Shown here in pieces: positions 48,004-59,720 of a DNA stretch of 64,000 nt. The DNA lies in the NCBI GenBank assembly GCA_032718475.1, contig JAUCBJ010002580.1:19101-83100 (forward strand), in the 5' to 3' direction. Within the stretch, counting starts at the first letter, position 1; each line of letters starts with the position of its first letter. The position numbers were made by a program, and so were the translations under genes. This DNA is from Nemertoderma westbladi (taxonomy: Eukaryota; Animalia; Xenacoelomorpha). Under the pieces are notes generated by a model. The model was not told where the DNA came from, made no database searches, and worked only from the letters and a program-made list of their open reading frames with translations.

Positions 48004-50250
48004 GTGCGAACTGTGAATGTAATGGCCCCGCGTCCATATACCCCGGAACGCCCTGATATGGTTAATGCTGGTGACGCATTGAGGACGGTTTCTCAACAAC
48101 CTCGTATAGATACCGGTACATGGCGGATATCTCTTTCTCCGGAATCGGTACGGCGTGCAACAACTACAGGTATTGCCCAACCACCGGAAGATCCTTCTAT
48201 GGCAGTCCTAGGCCTATCCAGTTTGGAATGCACTAATCGCTTCAGCTGCCTCAGGGATGAGGTTTCGGGTGAGGACGAGACACATCTTCTTCCTGTCTAC
48301 GATACACAGGAGGAGCTATTGATTGGAACAGACTCAGATAAGAGGGATGAGGTTGGGGAACGTTGGGTGGAAGTAGTCGGCAGGAATTCCCAAAGGCAGA
48401 AGAGGGCGCGGGTTAGCAGTAGTGGACGATCAATCCCGAACGAGTGGAACAGCTCAAACCAGGACAGCAGACGGGAGAAGGAGCCAGGGCCGGTTCTTGC
48501 GCAAGAGCACCTGGACAGTATCCTTCTTATTCCCAAGATCATGGATGGTCTGTCAACTATGCGGGAGAATCTACGGACACTGGAGAAAAAGGTGGACGTT
48601 ACACACAGAGTTTATCTAAGGCGCATAGTGGATAACGAGAGGCAGTGGGGACGCCGGAACCTTATCGTAATGAACATTAAAGAATCACGTAACGAGGATT
48701 TAAAGCAGGTTGCTCATAACTTTTTGAGAAAAGATCTCGGGATCACGGAGCGACTAGGTGTTGATCGTGTTTCGAGGCAAGGTATGTTCAAGCGCGGTTC
48801 CACCCGGCCTATAAAAATTGAATTTACAAATATGACTGACAAATATACAGCATTGGACGCCAAGGAGCAACTAATTGGCTCAGAGTATCAAATGGTGGAT
48901 GATTACCCCCCTGAACTGAGATCACAGAGAGCAATTCTTTTCCGCTTATCCAGAGAAGCTAAAGAGATGGGGCTTATTGCACGAGTATCAGGTAACGTTT
49001 TGAAACTGACTAATTTTTCAGTTAGTGGTTGGGACATAATCGATTCTCCTAATATTAATATCAGGACACTGCTCGACAGGCACTCCCCTGGACGAGCACG
49101 GGAGCCATCCCATCCCGATAGGAATCTATACAGGTCGCATGAGCAGGTTTTGAGAGGTCTGGACATCCATCCTAATACGAGATTTCGATACCAGGTAAAC
49201 CTGCCAACCAGTGAGGGTGAACAACTGGGAAGCAATGAGGTTGAGGAATATGATAGGAGACGAGCGGATGAGAGAAATCCGTGGGAGACAGAACTGCGGC
49301 AGGAAGAGTGGAAGCGTGGAGAGGAAGAACGATGGCGGGCGGAGGAACGGAAGCGTGAAGAGGAAGAGTGACGGTGGGCGGAGGAACAGAAGCGTGGAGA
49401 GGAAGAGCGACGGCGGGCGGAGGAGCGGAAGCGAGGAGAGGAAGAGCGACGGCGGGCGGAGGAACGGAAGCGTAGAGAGGAAGAGCGGCGGCGGGCAGAG
49501 GAACGGAAGCGTGGAGAGGAGGAGCGACGGCGGGCAGAGGAACGGAAGCGTGGAGAGGAGGAGCGACGGCGGGCAGAGGAACGGAAGCGTGGAGAGGAAG
49601 AGCGACGGCGGGCGGAGGAACGGAAGCATGAAGAGGAAGAGCGACGGCGGGCGGAGGAACGGAAGCGTAGAGAGGAAGAGCGATGGCGGGCAGAGGAACG
49701 GAAGCGTGGAGAGGAGGAGTGACGGCGGGCAGAGGAACGGAAGCGTGGAGAGGAAGAGCGATGGCGGGCGGAGGAACAGAAGCGTGAAGAGGAAGAGCGA
49801 CGGCGGGCGGAGGAACGGAAGCGTGAAGAGGAAGAGCGACGGCGGGCGGAGGAATGGAAGCGTAGAGAGGAAGAGCGACGGCGGACAGAGGAACGGAAGC
49901 GTGGAGAGGAGGAGCGACGGCGGGCAGAGGAACGGAAGCGTGGAGAGGAAGAGCGATGGCGGGCGGAGGAACGGAAGCGTGAAGAGGAAGAGCGACGGCG
50001 GGTGGAGGGGCCACAATTGGGTTGCCCAGATGCAGCTCAGGCCTCGCCTATTGGTTCTGAACTGCAGTCAGCCCCAAATCGGGAAGGTATGGCTGAGTTG
50101 GTATCAGACCGAGTGGGGGTTGACTCTGTGGATCCTCAGCACACCCCGGTAATAATTATACAGCAGGGTACAGGCGGAGATGATCAGACTTGGCGAATCC
50201 GGGAAAGTGCGGGGGATTTCCAGCCCGAACAGGAAACTCAAACAGGCTGA
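48004..50250 (+). pseudogene. LINE ORF1: coiled coil, L1-ORF1-type RRM and E/R repeat; two premature TGA stops
   Basis: RRNLIVMNIKE...VDRVSRQG...RPIKIEF motif. The frame continues through the 39-bp repeat to TGA 50248-50250, with stops at 49369 and 49720. Confidence 0.8.
49300..50005 (+). repeat. 39-bp coding tandem repeat (EEERRRAEERKRG/E)n
   Basis: About 18 units of GAGGAAGAGCGACGGCGGGCGGAGGAACGGAAGCGTGGA. Confidence 0.93.
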
Positions 50251-50297
50251 ACCCAGAACTAAAATTTGAGCCGCCAAAAGCAGGGACTGATAAAAAT

Positions 50298-53200
50298 ATG
50301 CTCAAGGTTGGCTTGCTAAACATAGAAGGTATAAATACGGCGATTGCCGATCCTGACTTCTGTCAAACAATTAAAAAACATGACATTTTCGTTTGTGTGG
50401 AAACTTGGCAGGCCCCAAACAATCCTCGTGATATTGGCATTGGGGGATATAAGGATTTTAGTGTTTGTAGGAAATATAAACATAGATATGCTAAAAGATA
50501 CAGTGGGGGTGTAACTGTTTATATATCTGAAGCGCTCGGTAATGAAGTTGTGATTCTGAATAACGTGACAAGTGAAGATTTATTATGGCTTAAATTTGTA
50601 GGTAAACCGAACTCAAGAATACATAAGGATTTAATTATCTGTGCTGCGTATATTCCACCTCATAATTCTCCTAGCTATTTTAATGATTCTGGTTGTTTGT
50701 TTGATAAAATTTTAGAAGGTGTTTCTTTATACCAGAATGTTGATACTACTGATTTTTTAATAGTTGGAGATTTAAATGCAAGAACTGGTGTGCTATTAGA
50801 TTATGTCTGTCATGATTCTTTGTTTACTGGTTTTAATGATTTATTACCCGATGATTACGTTTTTGATGATAATGATTGGCCAAATGATACTAAGATCCGT
50901 TCCAATAGGGATTCGATTACTAACAGACATGGTGAGAAATTGATTTCTCTCTGTCGGTCTAGCAACTTAAAGATATTAAATGGTCGTGTGGGAGCGGATA
51001 AGGGTGTGGGTAACTTTACATATTATAGTGACGGAGGGAGGCATGGGGTTCGTAAGTCTACAATAGATTACTTTTTGGGTAATATTTCAATGATCACGTT
51101 CTGCAAATATTTTAGTATAGGCGACCCCAACAGTTTATCGCCTCATTGTACCGTATCAGCCGCTTTTAACATTAGTGGCAGTGAATATTTCTGTAGCAGT
51201 GAATCTTATGCTAATAGAACCAATGTTACTGCTGGTAAGTTAGCCAATAGCCGAAAATACAAATTTCTGCAAACAAAAAGTGGGGACTTTAGAGATGCAT
51301 TAAACTCAGAAGCAACACAGCTGGAATTTGACAAGGTGTTGGACAATGTCTTATGTATGGAACCGCTTACCTGCAGTAAGGTTGATGCTGCCGTAACGGG
51401 GTTTACCGATATTTTAAGTAATGTAGCCGATATTTATTTTAAAGTTGATAATAATGGTGTTTACCGTGCCTGTAATAATGCCCCTTGGTTTAATGAAAAC
51501 TGTGCGGTAGCTAGAGATGCCTTTAGGCAGGCACTGGGAAGCTTTAAGAATAAGGGTGATGCAACGTCGAACGCTGCTATGGTGAAAATGAGGACCCAAT
51601 ACAGGAAGGTACTTCGTAAAGCTCGTTTTGACTTTAATTGTGGGAGGTCGGACAAGTTGCGGAAATTTAAAATTGTAGACTCAAAAAAATTCTGGAAACT
51701 ATTAAGGCAGAGTTGCCAGGGTTCAAGTAGCCCACAGCAATCTCCAATAAGTGCGGAGGTATTTGCGTCCCATTTTAGGGCGCTGAATGAGGAAGGATCG
51801 AGCTTTGAGGATATGGACGTTGTTGGGCTGCCTCCTAATAATAATAATAATGACTTTGCTTTAGCCAAACATATTTTTGAAAATTATATCTGTACGCCTT
51901 TGGAGGAGGAGGAGGTTGCCACGACTATCAATAGGTTACGTAGTAATAAAGCACCGGGTTTTGATGGTATTTTAAACGAATTTTTCATAGTGGGGGCGGA
52001 AACTTTAGTCCCAGTTGTTACGAGCATATTTAATGCAGCCCTCCATTGTGGTTATTTCCCAGACAGTTGGACTACTGGTATAATTACACCCATCTACAAA
52101 AATAAAGGTACAAGGTTAGACTCTAACAACTATAGAGGTATAACTTTGTTAAGTGCATTTGGTAAATTATTTACGCTTATATTAAACGGACGACTCCAAT
52201 GGTGGGCTGAGGGGTTTGCGATAATAATTGAAGCTCAAGCTGGGTTTCGAGGTGGTCGTTCTACAGTAGATCAGATTTTTATTTTGAAAACAATTATTGA
52301 TAATTTTATAGGTAAACGTGTTAAGATTTATTGTGCATTTATTGACCTAAGAAAAGCGTTTGATTGTGTAGATAGAAGTGCTTTATGGGTAAAACTAACG
52401 AGGCTTGGTTTTTCAGGAAAAGTCTTTAATGTAATAAAAAGTATGTACAGTGCAGTTAAATCACGAGTACGTGTAGATGGGGAACTTTCTGGTGAGTTTA
52501 TATGTTGGTTGGGCGTGAGGCAGGGCGAATGTCTTAGTCCATTGTTATTTAATCTATTTTTAAATGATTTAGAATCTGAATTGGCTGCAAATGGTATTCA
52601 AGGTATCTCAATTGGCACATTTAAACTTTTAATGTTGTTGTATGCCGATGACATTGTGCTGATGGCAAACGCAGTTAATGATTTACAACATGCATTTGAT
52701 ATATTGGGTAGTTATTGTGATTATTGGTCTCTTACGGTTAACCTTGACAAATCTAACGTTGTTGTATTTAGGAAAGGGGGACAAGTGGCCTCCCATGAAA
52801 AATGGAAATATAAGGGTCATAATGTTAAAGTGGTGGGTGAATATATGTATCTGGGAGTATTATTTACTTGTGGGGGCAGCTTTGCCTGCGCTCAGAAAAA
52901 TCTGGCTAACAAAGGGGAAAAAGCTAATTTTTCGTTAACAAAGTATTTGGCTAATTTTCCCACCACGGATTTCATTACGGCTTGTGATTTGTTTAATGCA
53001 TTAGTTAAGCCAATTTTGACATATGGTTGCGAAGTTTGGGGTTTTTGTTCATCAGTTGATACAGAACGTGTCTTATTAAAATTCTTAAAGAACCGCCTTG
53101 GAGTGAAGGTAACAACCCCAAACTTCATGGTTTACGGGGAATCTGGCATTTTTCCGCTAGAAATTGAAAGATACTGTAGGATTATAAAGTATTGGTTAAA

Positions 53201-53723
53201 GTTACTAAGGTGCAATGACACTAGATTAGTTAAACAGGCCTATATTTTGCAATTGAACGAACTAAATACTGGTAGAACAGGGGATGGTGGAAATTGGGCT
53301 ATCTCGGTGCGTAATTTACTAAATAATCTGGGATTTACTTGGGCGTGGGAAAGACACGGGGACATATTAAATGAGAGGAAATTCATTCTAAATGTTCGTG
53401 AACGATTATATGCACAGTTCGTACAGGGTTGGTGGGGTGCCATCGAGCGGTCGCCGAAGGGTATGCTCTATAGCAAAAGGGATTTCAGTTTGGAGAATAA
53501 CCTATCTATGTTGAGAGGTCACGCAGGTCTTAGTAGGTTGATTTCCAGGTTCAGGTGTTCGTCACATGCACTTCTGATCGAGAGCGGCCGGTGGTATAAA
53601 ATACCCAGAGAATCGAGAATATGCCCGGTTTGTAATAAAAATGATATAGAGGATGAATATCATTTTTTGTTGGTGTGTGATGGTTATCGAGATCTGCGCA
53701 TGAAGTACTTCTCTGGGCGCTAG
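50298..53723 (+). CDS. LINE ORF2: AP endonuclease, reverse transcriptase and C-terminal Cys/His finger
   Basis: NIEG, VETW, GDLNAR, STIDY; KAPGFDG, YRGITL, QAGFR, DLRKAFD, GVRQGECLSP, YADD, YLG; H.L.IESGR..R..RICPVC..EDEYHFLLVC. The TAG at 53721 is probably premature because the frame continues to ~53858. Confidence 0.93.
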   Translation: MLKVGLLNIEGINTAIADPDFCQTIKKHDIFVCVETWQAPNNPRDIGIGGYKDFSVCRKYKHRYAKRYSGGVTVYISEALGNEVVILNNVTSEDLLWLKFVGKPNSRIHKDLIICAAYIPPHNSPSYFNDSGCLFDKILEGVSLYQNVDTTDFLIVGDLNARTGVLLDYVCHDSLFTGFNDLLPDDYVFDDNDWPNDTKIRSNRDSITNRHGEKLISLCRSSNLKILNGRVGADKGVGNFTYYSDGGRHGVRKSTIDYFLGNISMITFCKYFSIGDPNSLSPHCTVSAAFNISGSEYFCSSESYANRTNVTAGKLANSRKYKFLQTKSGDFRDALNSEATQLEFDKVLDNVLCMEPLTCSKVDAAVTGFTDILSNVADIYFKVDNNGVYRACNNAPWFNENCAVARDAFRQALGSFKNKGDATSNAAMVKMRTQYRKVLRKARFDFNCGRSDKLRKFKIVDSKKFWKLLRQSCQGSSSPQQSPISAEVFASHFRALNEEGSSFEDMDVVGLPPNNNNNDFALAKHIFENYICTPLEEEEVATTINRLRSNKAPGFDGILNEFFIVGAETLVPVVTSIFNAALHCGYFPDSWTTGIITPIYKNKGTRLDSNNYRGITLLSAFGKLFTLILNGRLQWWAEGFAIIIEAQAGFRGGRSTVDQIFILKTIIDNFIGKRVKIYCAFIDLRKAFDCVDRSALWVKLTRLGFSGKVFNVIKSMYSAVKSRVRVDGELSGEFICWLGVRQGECLSPLLFNLFLNDLESELAANGIQGISIGTFKLLMLLYADDIVLMANAVNDLQHAFDILGSYCDYWSLTVNLDKSNVVVFRKGGQVASHEKWKYKGHNVKVVGEYMYLGVLFTCGGSFACAQKNLANKGEKANFSLTKYLANFPTTDFITACDLFNALVKPILTYGCEVWGFCSSVDTERVLLKFLKNRLGVKVTTPNFMVYGESGIFPLEIERYCRIIKYWLKLLRCNDTRLVKQAYILQLNELNTGRTGDGGNWAISVRNLLNNLGFTWAWERHGDILNERKFILNVRERLYAQFVQGWWGAIERSPKGMLYSKRDFSLENNLSMLRGHAGLSRLISRFRCSSHALLIESGRWYKIPRESRICPVCNKNDIEDEYHFLLVCDGYRDLRMKYFSGR

Positions 53724-54508
53724 AATGTGAATCCTACTATATTGAAATACCATGAGCTAATGGGGGCAACTACCAGGGAAAAACTACTAAAGTTAGGTCG
53801 TTACCTTAACGAGGCTTTTCGCGTTAGGGAGAACATTATGCAATGTCGTTCCATATAATATTCATATCAATTATTTTTGTGGGAATTATACAGTATGTGC
53901 TTTCGTCAGTTTATTTTTCAAACCTAACATTTATTTTTTATATTAGTATATTTCTTTTGTGTTTATTATTTCCTTATAGTTACTTGTGCAGTTAATTGTG
54001 CGGTCACTAATAGCCTTAATTGGTTGATGTGCTTATTATACAATATATTATTAAACCAAACCATTATTAAGAGAAAGCGCCCTCTGATTTTGAAGAATAT
54101 TATTATTATGATAAATTCATATTAAATGCTTATATTAAATTGGTTGCTTCATAGGGATGCCAAGATTGGATTTGATTAAATATTTGTTCATCTTTTCGCT
54201 TCGGACTAACACAGAAACAGAATTAAGATTTAGATTTTTCGGTTTTGTTGTCTTATAAACGGTCTTCTTATAGCCAGCATGCAGGCTTTCTAGTACGAAA
54301 TACTTTAAAACCAAAAAAAAATAACAAAATAAATTCATATTAAAATTAAATGTTTCATATTAAATTTTTTACACATTGTGTTTCCTACCCGCGATAAGTG
54401 GTTTTACTTATTAGAATAAAAATTAAATTTATAATTAAATGTAAAAGTTAGTTTCAAACGCAACTCTATTGAAAATATTTAGTAACTTTATAAAAACTTA
54501 CAGTTTTA

Positions 54509-55123
54509 CTAAATCCAAATCTTCATTTCAACTCGAGAAGCCGGACTCCATCCAGTAAAATGATCCCAATATGGTCCTTTCCCTATCTCCCCACCATATT
54601 CTCCGTTCAAGTTACTCCACGCGTTGCAGCTCTTGTACCACCACGACCCAGTACGATCTACGGCGCAGTTGCCGGAGCTCCTGTCATTATCGAGGTCCTT
54701 GGTAGAGAATGGCTGACCATTGGAATGCGTCAATCCGTCACCAGCAGTACCATGGTAACCGGATAGATGTAGGCGATAATTAGTAGCAGCTGATCCGATA
54801 GAGAAGTTGTTGTATTCTGCGTATTTGTGTTCGTTGTTGTAATTCTTCACTTTAAGATTGTCCCAATCATTGGGATCTACCCACCCCTCTCCAGTGAACC
54901 ACAAATCGACCCTCAACTTCACCCCGCCTTCACTTATCCGGTGGATCGCCTGCAACCCCATCCAAAAATTGGTATTCGAGTCACCAAATCCTTCAACATA
55001 TTCATCCCAGTTTCGATAGAAGTCAACCGATCCATCTACTCTTTGTTGAATCAGTTTCCAAACTGATCTTTGTTGAATCTTTAGCTGGTCATTTTTACCA
55101 ATCAAAAATAGGAATTGTCGTCT
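54509..55123 (-). CDS. FReD gene 2 terminal exon (fibrinogen C-terminal domain lectin), paralog of gene 1
   Basis: Acceptor TATTTACAG| at 55124. Intact ORF with WKLIQQRVDGSVDF, FWMGL, FSTKDLDND, CA...GSWWY..C..SNLNG and VEMKI. 3' UTR homologous to gene 1. Upstream exons are not in the window. Confidence 0.9.
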   Translation of the reverse strand, partial: RRQFLFLIGKNDQLKIQQRSVWKLIQQRVDGSVDFYRNWDEYVEGFGDSNTNFWMGLQAIHRISEGGVKLRVDLWFTGEGWVDPNDWDNLKVKNYNNEHKYAEYNNFSIGSAATNYRLHLSGYHGTAGDGLTHSNGQPFSTKDLDNDRSSGNCAVDRTGSWWYKSCNAWSNLNGEYGGEIGKGPYWDHFTGWSPASRVEMKIWI

Positions 55124-55185
55124 CTGTAAATAGTAATGGTATGCTTCATTATAACAGTATTTAAATTATTAACTTAGTAAATGTA

Positions 55186-55296
55186 AGTATGGAAGCTAGA
55201 GAGGAGTTGGTACACAGAGAGGGTATGGAAGCTCAGAGAGGAGTTGGTACACAGAGATGGTACGGAGGCCAGAGAGGAGTTGGTACACAGAGATGG
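55186..55296. repeat. 37-bp minisatellite, left part
   Basis: GTATGGAAGCTCAGAGAGGAGTTGGTACACAGAGAGG units; split by BEL 3. Confidence 0.88.
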
Positions 55297-55877
55297 TGTT
55301 AGCTTATTCAATCCCGCTAACACCCCATAAAGTTGGTTATTAAGCAATATTAGGGGACACGAGGTTGGGCAACCAACTCGTGTCACCCCAACAGAATGGG
55401 AAGGAACGCACAATAAGGGTCAGGGGCCAAACCCCTAGCAGAGAGAAATAGGTGGAGTGAAGGGGATCACTCCGAAGGCGCCAACAAGGGTATCAACCAA
55501 TCAGAGGGGGGCAAGGCATCGATTAGGTAGTAATTAGGCCAACCGTGCAATATAACCAGTAACCCATATCAGTAATTCAGTTATCTCAGTGCAGTAGTGC
55601 TAGCATAGGTTAATTAGTTTAGATAGGGGAGCACGGGACTTTTAGTTACCGTATCCCGCCTTCCATATACTATACAATATCTATATCTTATATCTTTGTT
55701 ATTATACACCGAACTTCAGAACTCATTCACTGCTTTCTTTCACTCTTTATACACGGCGGGGACGCGTGAACTAAATACCTACCGGATAAATCGGGATCCC
55801 TTCTGGATCCCGTCACAGCAACTAAAACCAACCGCTGCCCTAGCTAGCCAAACCATCAGCCACCAATCATCAGCGAG

Positions 55878-58800
55878 ATGAGTCAATCGGGCGAGACACC
55901 GACGCGGACCCCGGACCAAACGATCCGTGAGGCCGCAACCAGGCGATATAGACCCACGACGCGGGAGCCATCGATAACGGGCGAACCGGAAGTTCAGGAC
56001 GAGGGGGGCCTGGAACCCGAGGTCGAGCCAAGAGGAAGAGAGAGCGAGACGGAGGGAGACGGAGATGAGTCAACACGGGACGGAGATCGGCGCACCGACG
56101 TCGCCGGCCAGCTACAGGCCGAGGGCGACGAGCGGCCCACCGAAACGGCGACGGTGGGGCCGACGGCGCGACGCCGGACGCAAAGAGACGGAGGAGACAT
56201 AGGTACTGATGTCGCCGGCCAGCTACAGGCCGAGGGCGACGGACGGCCCACCAGAACGGCAACGGTGGAGCCGCCGGTACGACGTCGAACCCGGAGGGAT
56301 GGAGGAGAGGTCGGCGATGAGGACGTCGGGGTTTCTGAGTGACTTCGACGGGCCTACAACGCGACCCGGAAGCTAATAAAGGACGCCAAGAAGGAAGGGG
56401 CGAAGGTAGACGAGGTGAGACTGAGAAAGCGACTAGGTGAGTCGGATAGACACTTAAATTACCTAATACGTTTTGGGCAGAGAGAACTAGCCGAGGTGAG
56501 AGCAAAAGGGGTTGCCGGCGAACTGTTTGAACTATGGGAGTGTGGGAGTATGGAACCTAGCGTAGTGCCAGTGTACATAGGGCCATACTTGGTCGATGCC
56601 CGGGGAGTAAAATTAGTGGGTTGGAGGGGACTCGAGGGGGGCGAATCCGAGGTTAACCCCGAGGATTCGGCCTCGTCGGTCGGAGAAAGTTCCGGGAAGC
56701 GGGGGAAAGTTAGTAGGTCGGGAAGGCGGAGGGGGTCCGTCGTAACCGATAAGTCTGCTACGTCCTCCGCGAAAGAAAGAGTGGTGAGAGAGATAGGTGC
56801 CGCATACCATCTCAACATGGTAGAGCAAGGTCAGAGGGAAATGGAGGAACGGCTAGAGCAGGGGAGAGTGCGGTTAGAGAGGGAAGCGGCATTGATTAGA
56901 GAAACCGGAGAGAGGGCCGAAAGGGCTTTGAGAAGTCTTAGGGAGTGTGAGGAAATAGAGGAAAAGGAGTGTAGGGAGCGTGAGGCAAGAGAGGAAAGGG
57001 AACGCAAGGAGCGTGAGGCAAGGGAGGAAAGGGAACGCAAAGAGTGTGAGGCGGAACGCAAAGAGCGGGAGGCGGAATGGCGCAAGGAACATGAGGCGAG
57101 AAGGGAAAAGGAACGCAAGGAGCGCGAGGTGAGACGAAGGGAGAGCGCTAGGAGTGTAGCAGAGTCGGCCGCCCGGGACACCCAGGAGTGTGAGAGGAGA
57201 ATGGCAGAGGCTGAACGAGAGCACAAGGAATTAAAGAGACGCCAGAGTGAGCTTGCGAAACATAGGATTAGACGGGCGCACGAGCTGCAACTGGTGCGAG
57301 CGTCGCCGTCTGAAAGCGGGGCCGGCTCGAGTATTTTTGGGGAGCCGGGGGCCGTAGATACATTTATTAATACCCCACTGACAGGGACCGCGCGACAGAC
57401 CCAAAACTGGTGTGACCGTACGGGCGGGGGGGGGGGGGGGTAACGACAATAATGATACAGTAGACGTTGTTAATATTGATAGTACCGTATGGGACAACTC
57501 TAATCAAACCTTTATTGCAGGAAATACTTTGCCCAGTGGTAGCAATTTAAATTTAAATCAGAATAATCCTAATATTAATGTAGAAAATAATTATAATATT
57601 AATGTAATTACGCAAAATAATTCAAATAATCAAAATAATAACCCAAATTCGAACCTACAAAATAATTTAAATAACGCGATTACGCAAAGTAATCCAAATA
57701 ATTTAAATAATGATCCAAGCCCAAATTTACAAAATAATTCAAATAGCGTAGTCGCACAGAATAATACAAATGATTTCGTTCCAAACGAGCAAATCAATTC
57801 TGTTTGGGTCCTATATGGGTGCTATTAACGTAAACACGTCGGACGTGTATAGCCAGGCAGATGAGGGCCTGGTAGGCCACGTGGTTGGTGGGCAGGGAGC
57901 AGGTGAGGGCCTGGTAGGCCACGTAGTTGGTAGGCAGGGAGCAGAGGGCCTGGTAGGCCACGTAGTTGGTAGGCAGGGAGTAGAGGGCCTAGAAGGCCAC
58001 GCAATAGCAGGAGGAGAGGCGGGGGTGAATAGACCCGACCGCGGTAGGGTTGATGTGTCGACTAGAGAGGGATATAGTAGCGGGGTGAGAGGTAGCGAAG
58101 TAAAATGTAGCGAGTGGGGGAGGGCTACAAGGGCCCCACAACAGAGAGTTAGCGGCAAGTGGGGGGGGGGGCTACAAGGGCCCCACAACACAGAGTTAGC
58201 GGCGAGAGGGGGGGGGGGGGGCAGAAAGTGTCCCACAGCCGTCAGCGGACAATGCGCGGGCCGAAATAGGTAAACCGCAACAACCGGCGACGGAAAGTAA
58301 TAGGGGGATTGCGGATATCCCCAGCGGCGTGCGACCGAGCAGAGAGAGACGGGTTGACGTCGCGAGAGGGTGGACGAAGCGTCAAGCCCGATCAGAGGAG
58401 GGAAGAAGAACAGTGGGGTTTAACCGGGAGGTCGACGAGAGATCTCACGAGCGGGAATATTCCACTGATAGGAGAAGAAAGGAAGACAGTAGTAGAAGTA
58501 TCGCCGCGAACGATAGAAGAGCGAGGACGGATAGCGAGCCGTCGGTAGTCGAGATGAGAACGGAGAGTCAGTGGGGTCGGACTCCGGGAGATTGCCGTCG
58601 CCCCGGAGAGATGCGACCCGGTGAGATGCATTACGCGCCGAAGGAGGGGTACGCGATGTACCGGTACAAAGACGAGAACAGTAGAGAGGGGGGTCAAAGA
58701 GAAACTTTGAGACGGAATACACCTACCGATCGAGAATACGGTAGCCGCGGGGAGGACTATTTGAGAAGAATAAACTTCGATCCCGAGCGACACATGCAGA

Positions 58801-59720
58801 CTGTAGGACATACTGTAGGCCTTACTGCACATACCATAGGCCATACTGAGAGAGGCAGTGTAGGGGATAGGATAGCGCGGACAACGGGATTAAACCCGGA
58901 AGTCGCGGAATACATACCGGCGAGTAGGCCAGAAGCTGATAGGCCTATACCGGTACCAGTACAGCAGTATGACTACAGCATGCAGGGACATAACATATAC
59001 CCAGGGGAGGGGGGAATTATTGCGGATAGGTGTATGGGCCCCAACGTATTAACATCAACCCCAGTACCAAACATACCAGTGGGGGGGGAACAGGGTGACA
59101 TTCCCCCATCACAATATCAACAATATACCCCTATAGGAGCAAGAACAACGAGACCCTTGGATGAAAACAGGTCGTGTGACACAGAAATATGGAGGGGGCC
59201 GCTACCCCCAATGACATACCCAAGTCAAAGAAGATCGAGAAATAGGACGGAGGAACCGCACCAGACAGGAGAAACCATACAGCATCCATCGAATCCATTG
59301 GAAGCGCAGGCGATGGGGATGGCCACGTTGATCGATGCGTTAAAAACGCGAATCGAGTTACCACCAGTGGAACCATTCAAATTCGATGGGAGCAGGCCGG
59401 AAGAATATCTACAGTTTCGGCGTATGTATAGTAATGAAATACTAACAAAGAACTTGACGCAGGCGGAGTGCCTAAAGTATCTGCAAGTATACACGGGAGG
59501 CCCAGCATACGATATCATGAGGCAATATCAAAGAATAGAAGGCGGCTTCACGACAGCATGGCAAGCACTGGATAGGGAATACGGGCACCCGGCCAAGATC
59601 ATCAGGCAGACGCTGAGAGGCATAACATCGGGGGGCCTACAGGATAACCCCGTTAGCATTAAGACGTTTGCTAACAAAGTCGAGAAGGCGCTAATCGTGC
59701 TGAAGACGCTAGGGGGTTGC
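55878..59720 (+). pseudogene. BEL 3 gag: low-complexity N-terminus and DUF1759-like domain, truncated
   Basis: ATG at 55878; E/R coiled coil; Asn-rich tract 57440-57790; ELPPVEPFKFDGS..Y..F / LKYLQVYTGGPA / L...YG. Frameshifts, two of them at poly-G runs. Confidence 0.8.

Larger units (their letters stand above)
47850..54069 (+). mobile_element. Near full-length two-ORF LINE (RTE-X-like; clade inferred)
   Basis: ORF1, then APE-RT-zinc finger ORF2, then an AT-rich 3' UTR ending near AAACCATTATTA. 5' boundary approximate; no TSD found. Confidence 0.85.

Noticed and set aside
49126-50152. Long ORFs 49126-50016 (-), 49172-50014 (-) and 49211-50152 (+)
   Set aside because: Shadow frames of the 39-bp repeat.
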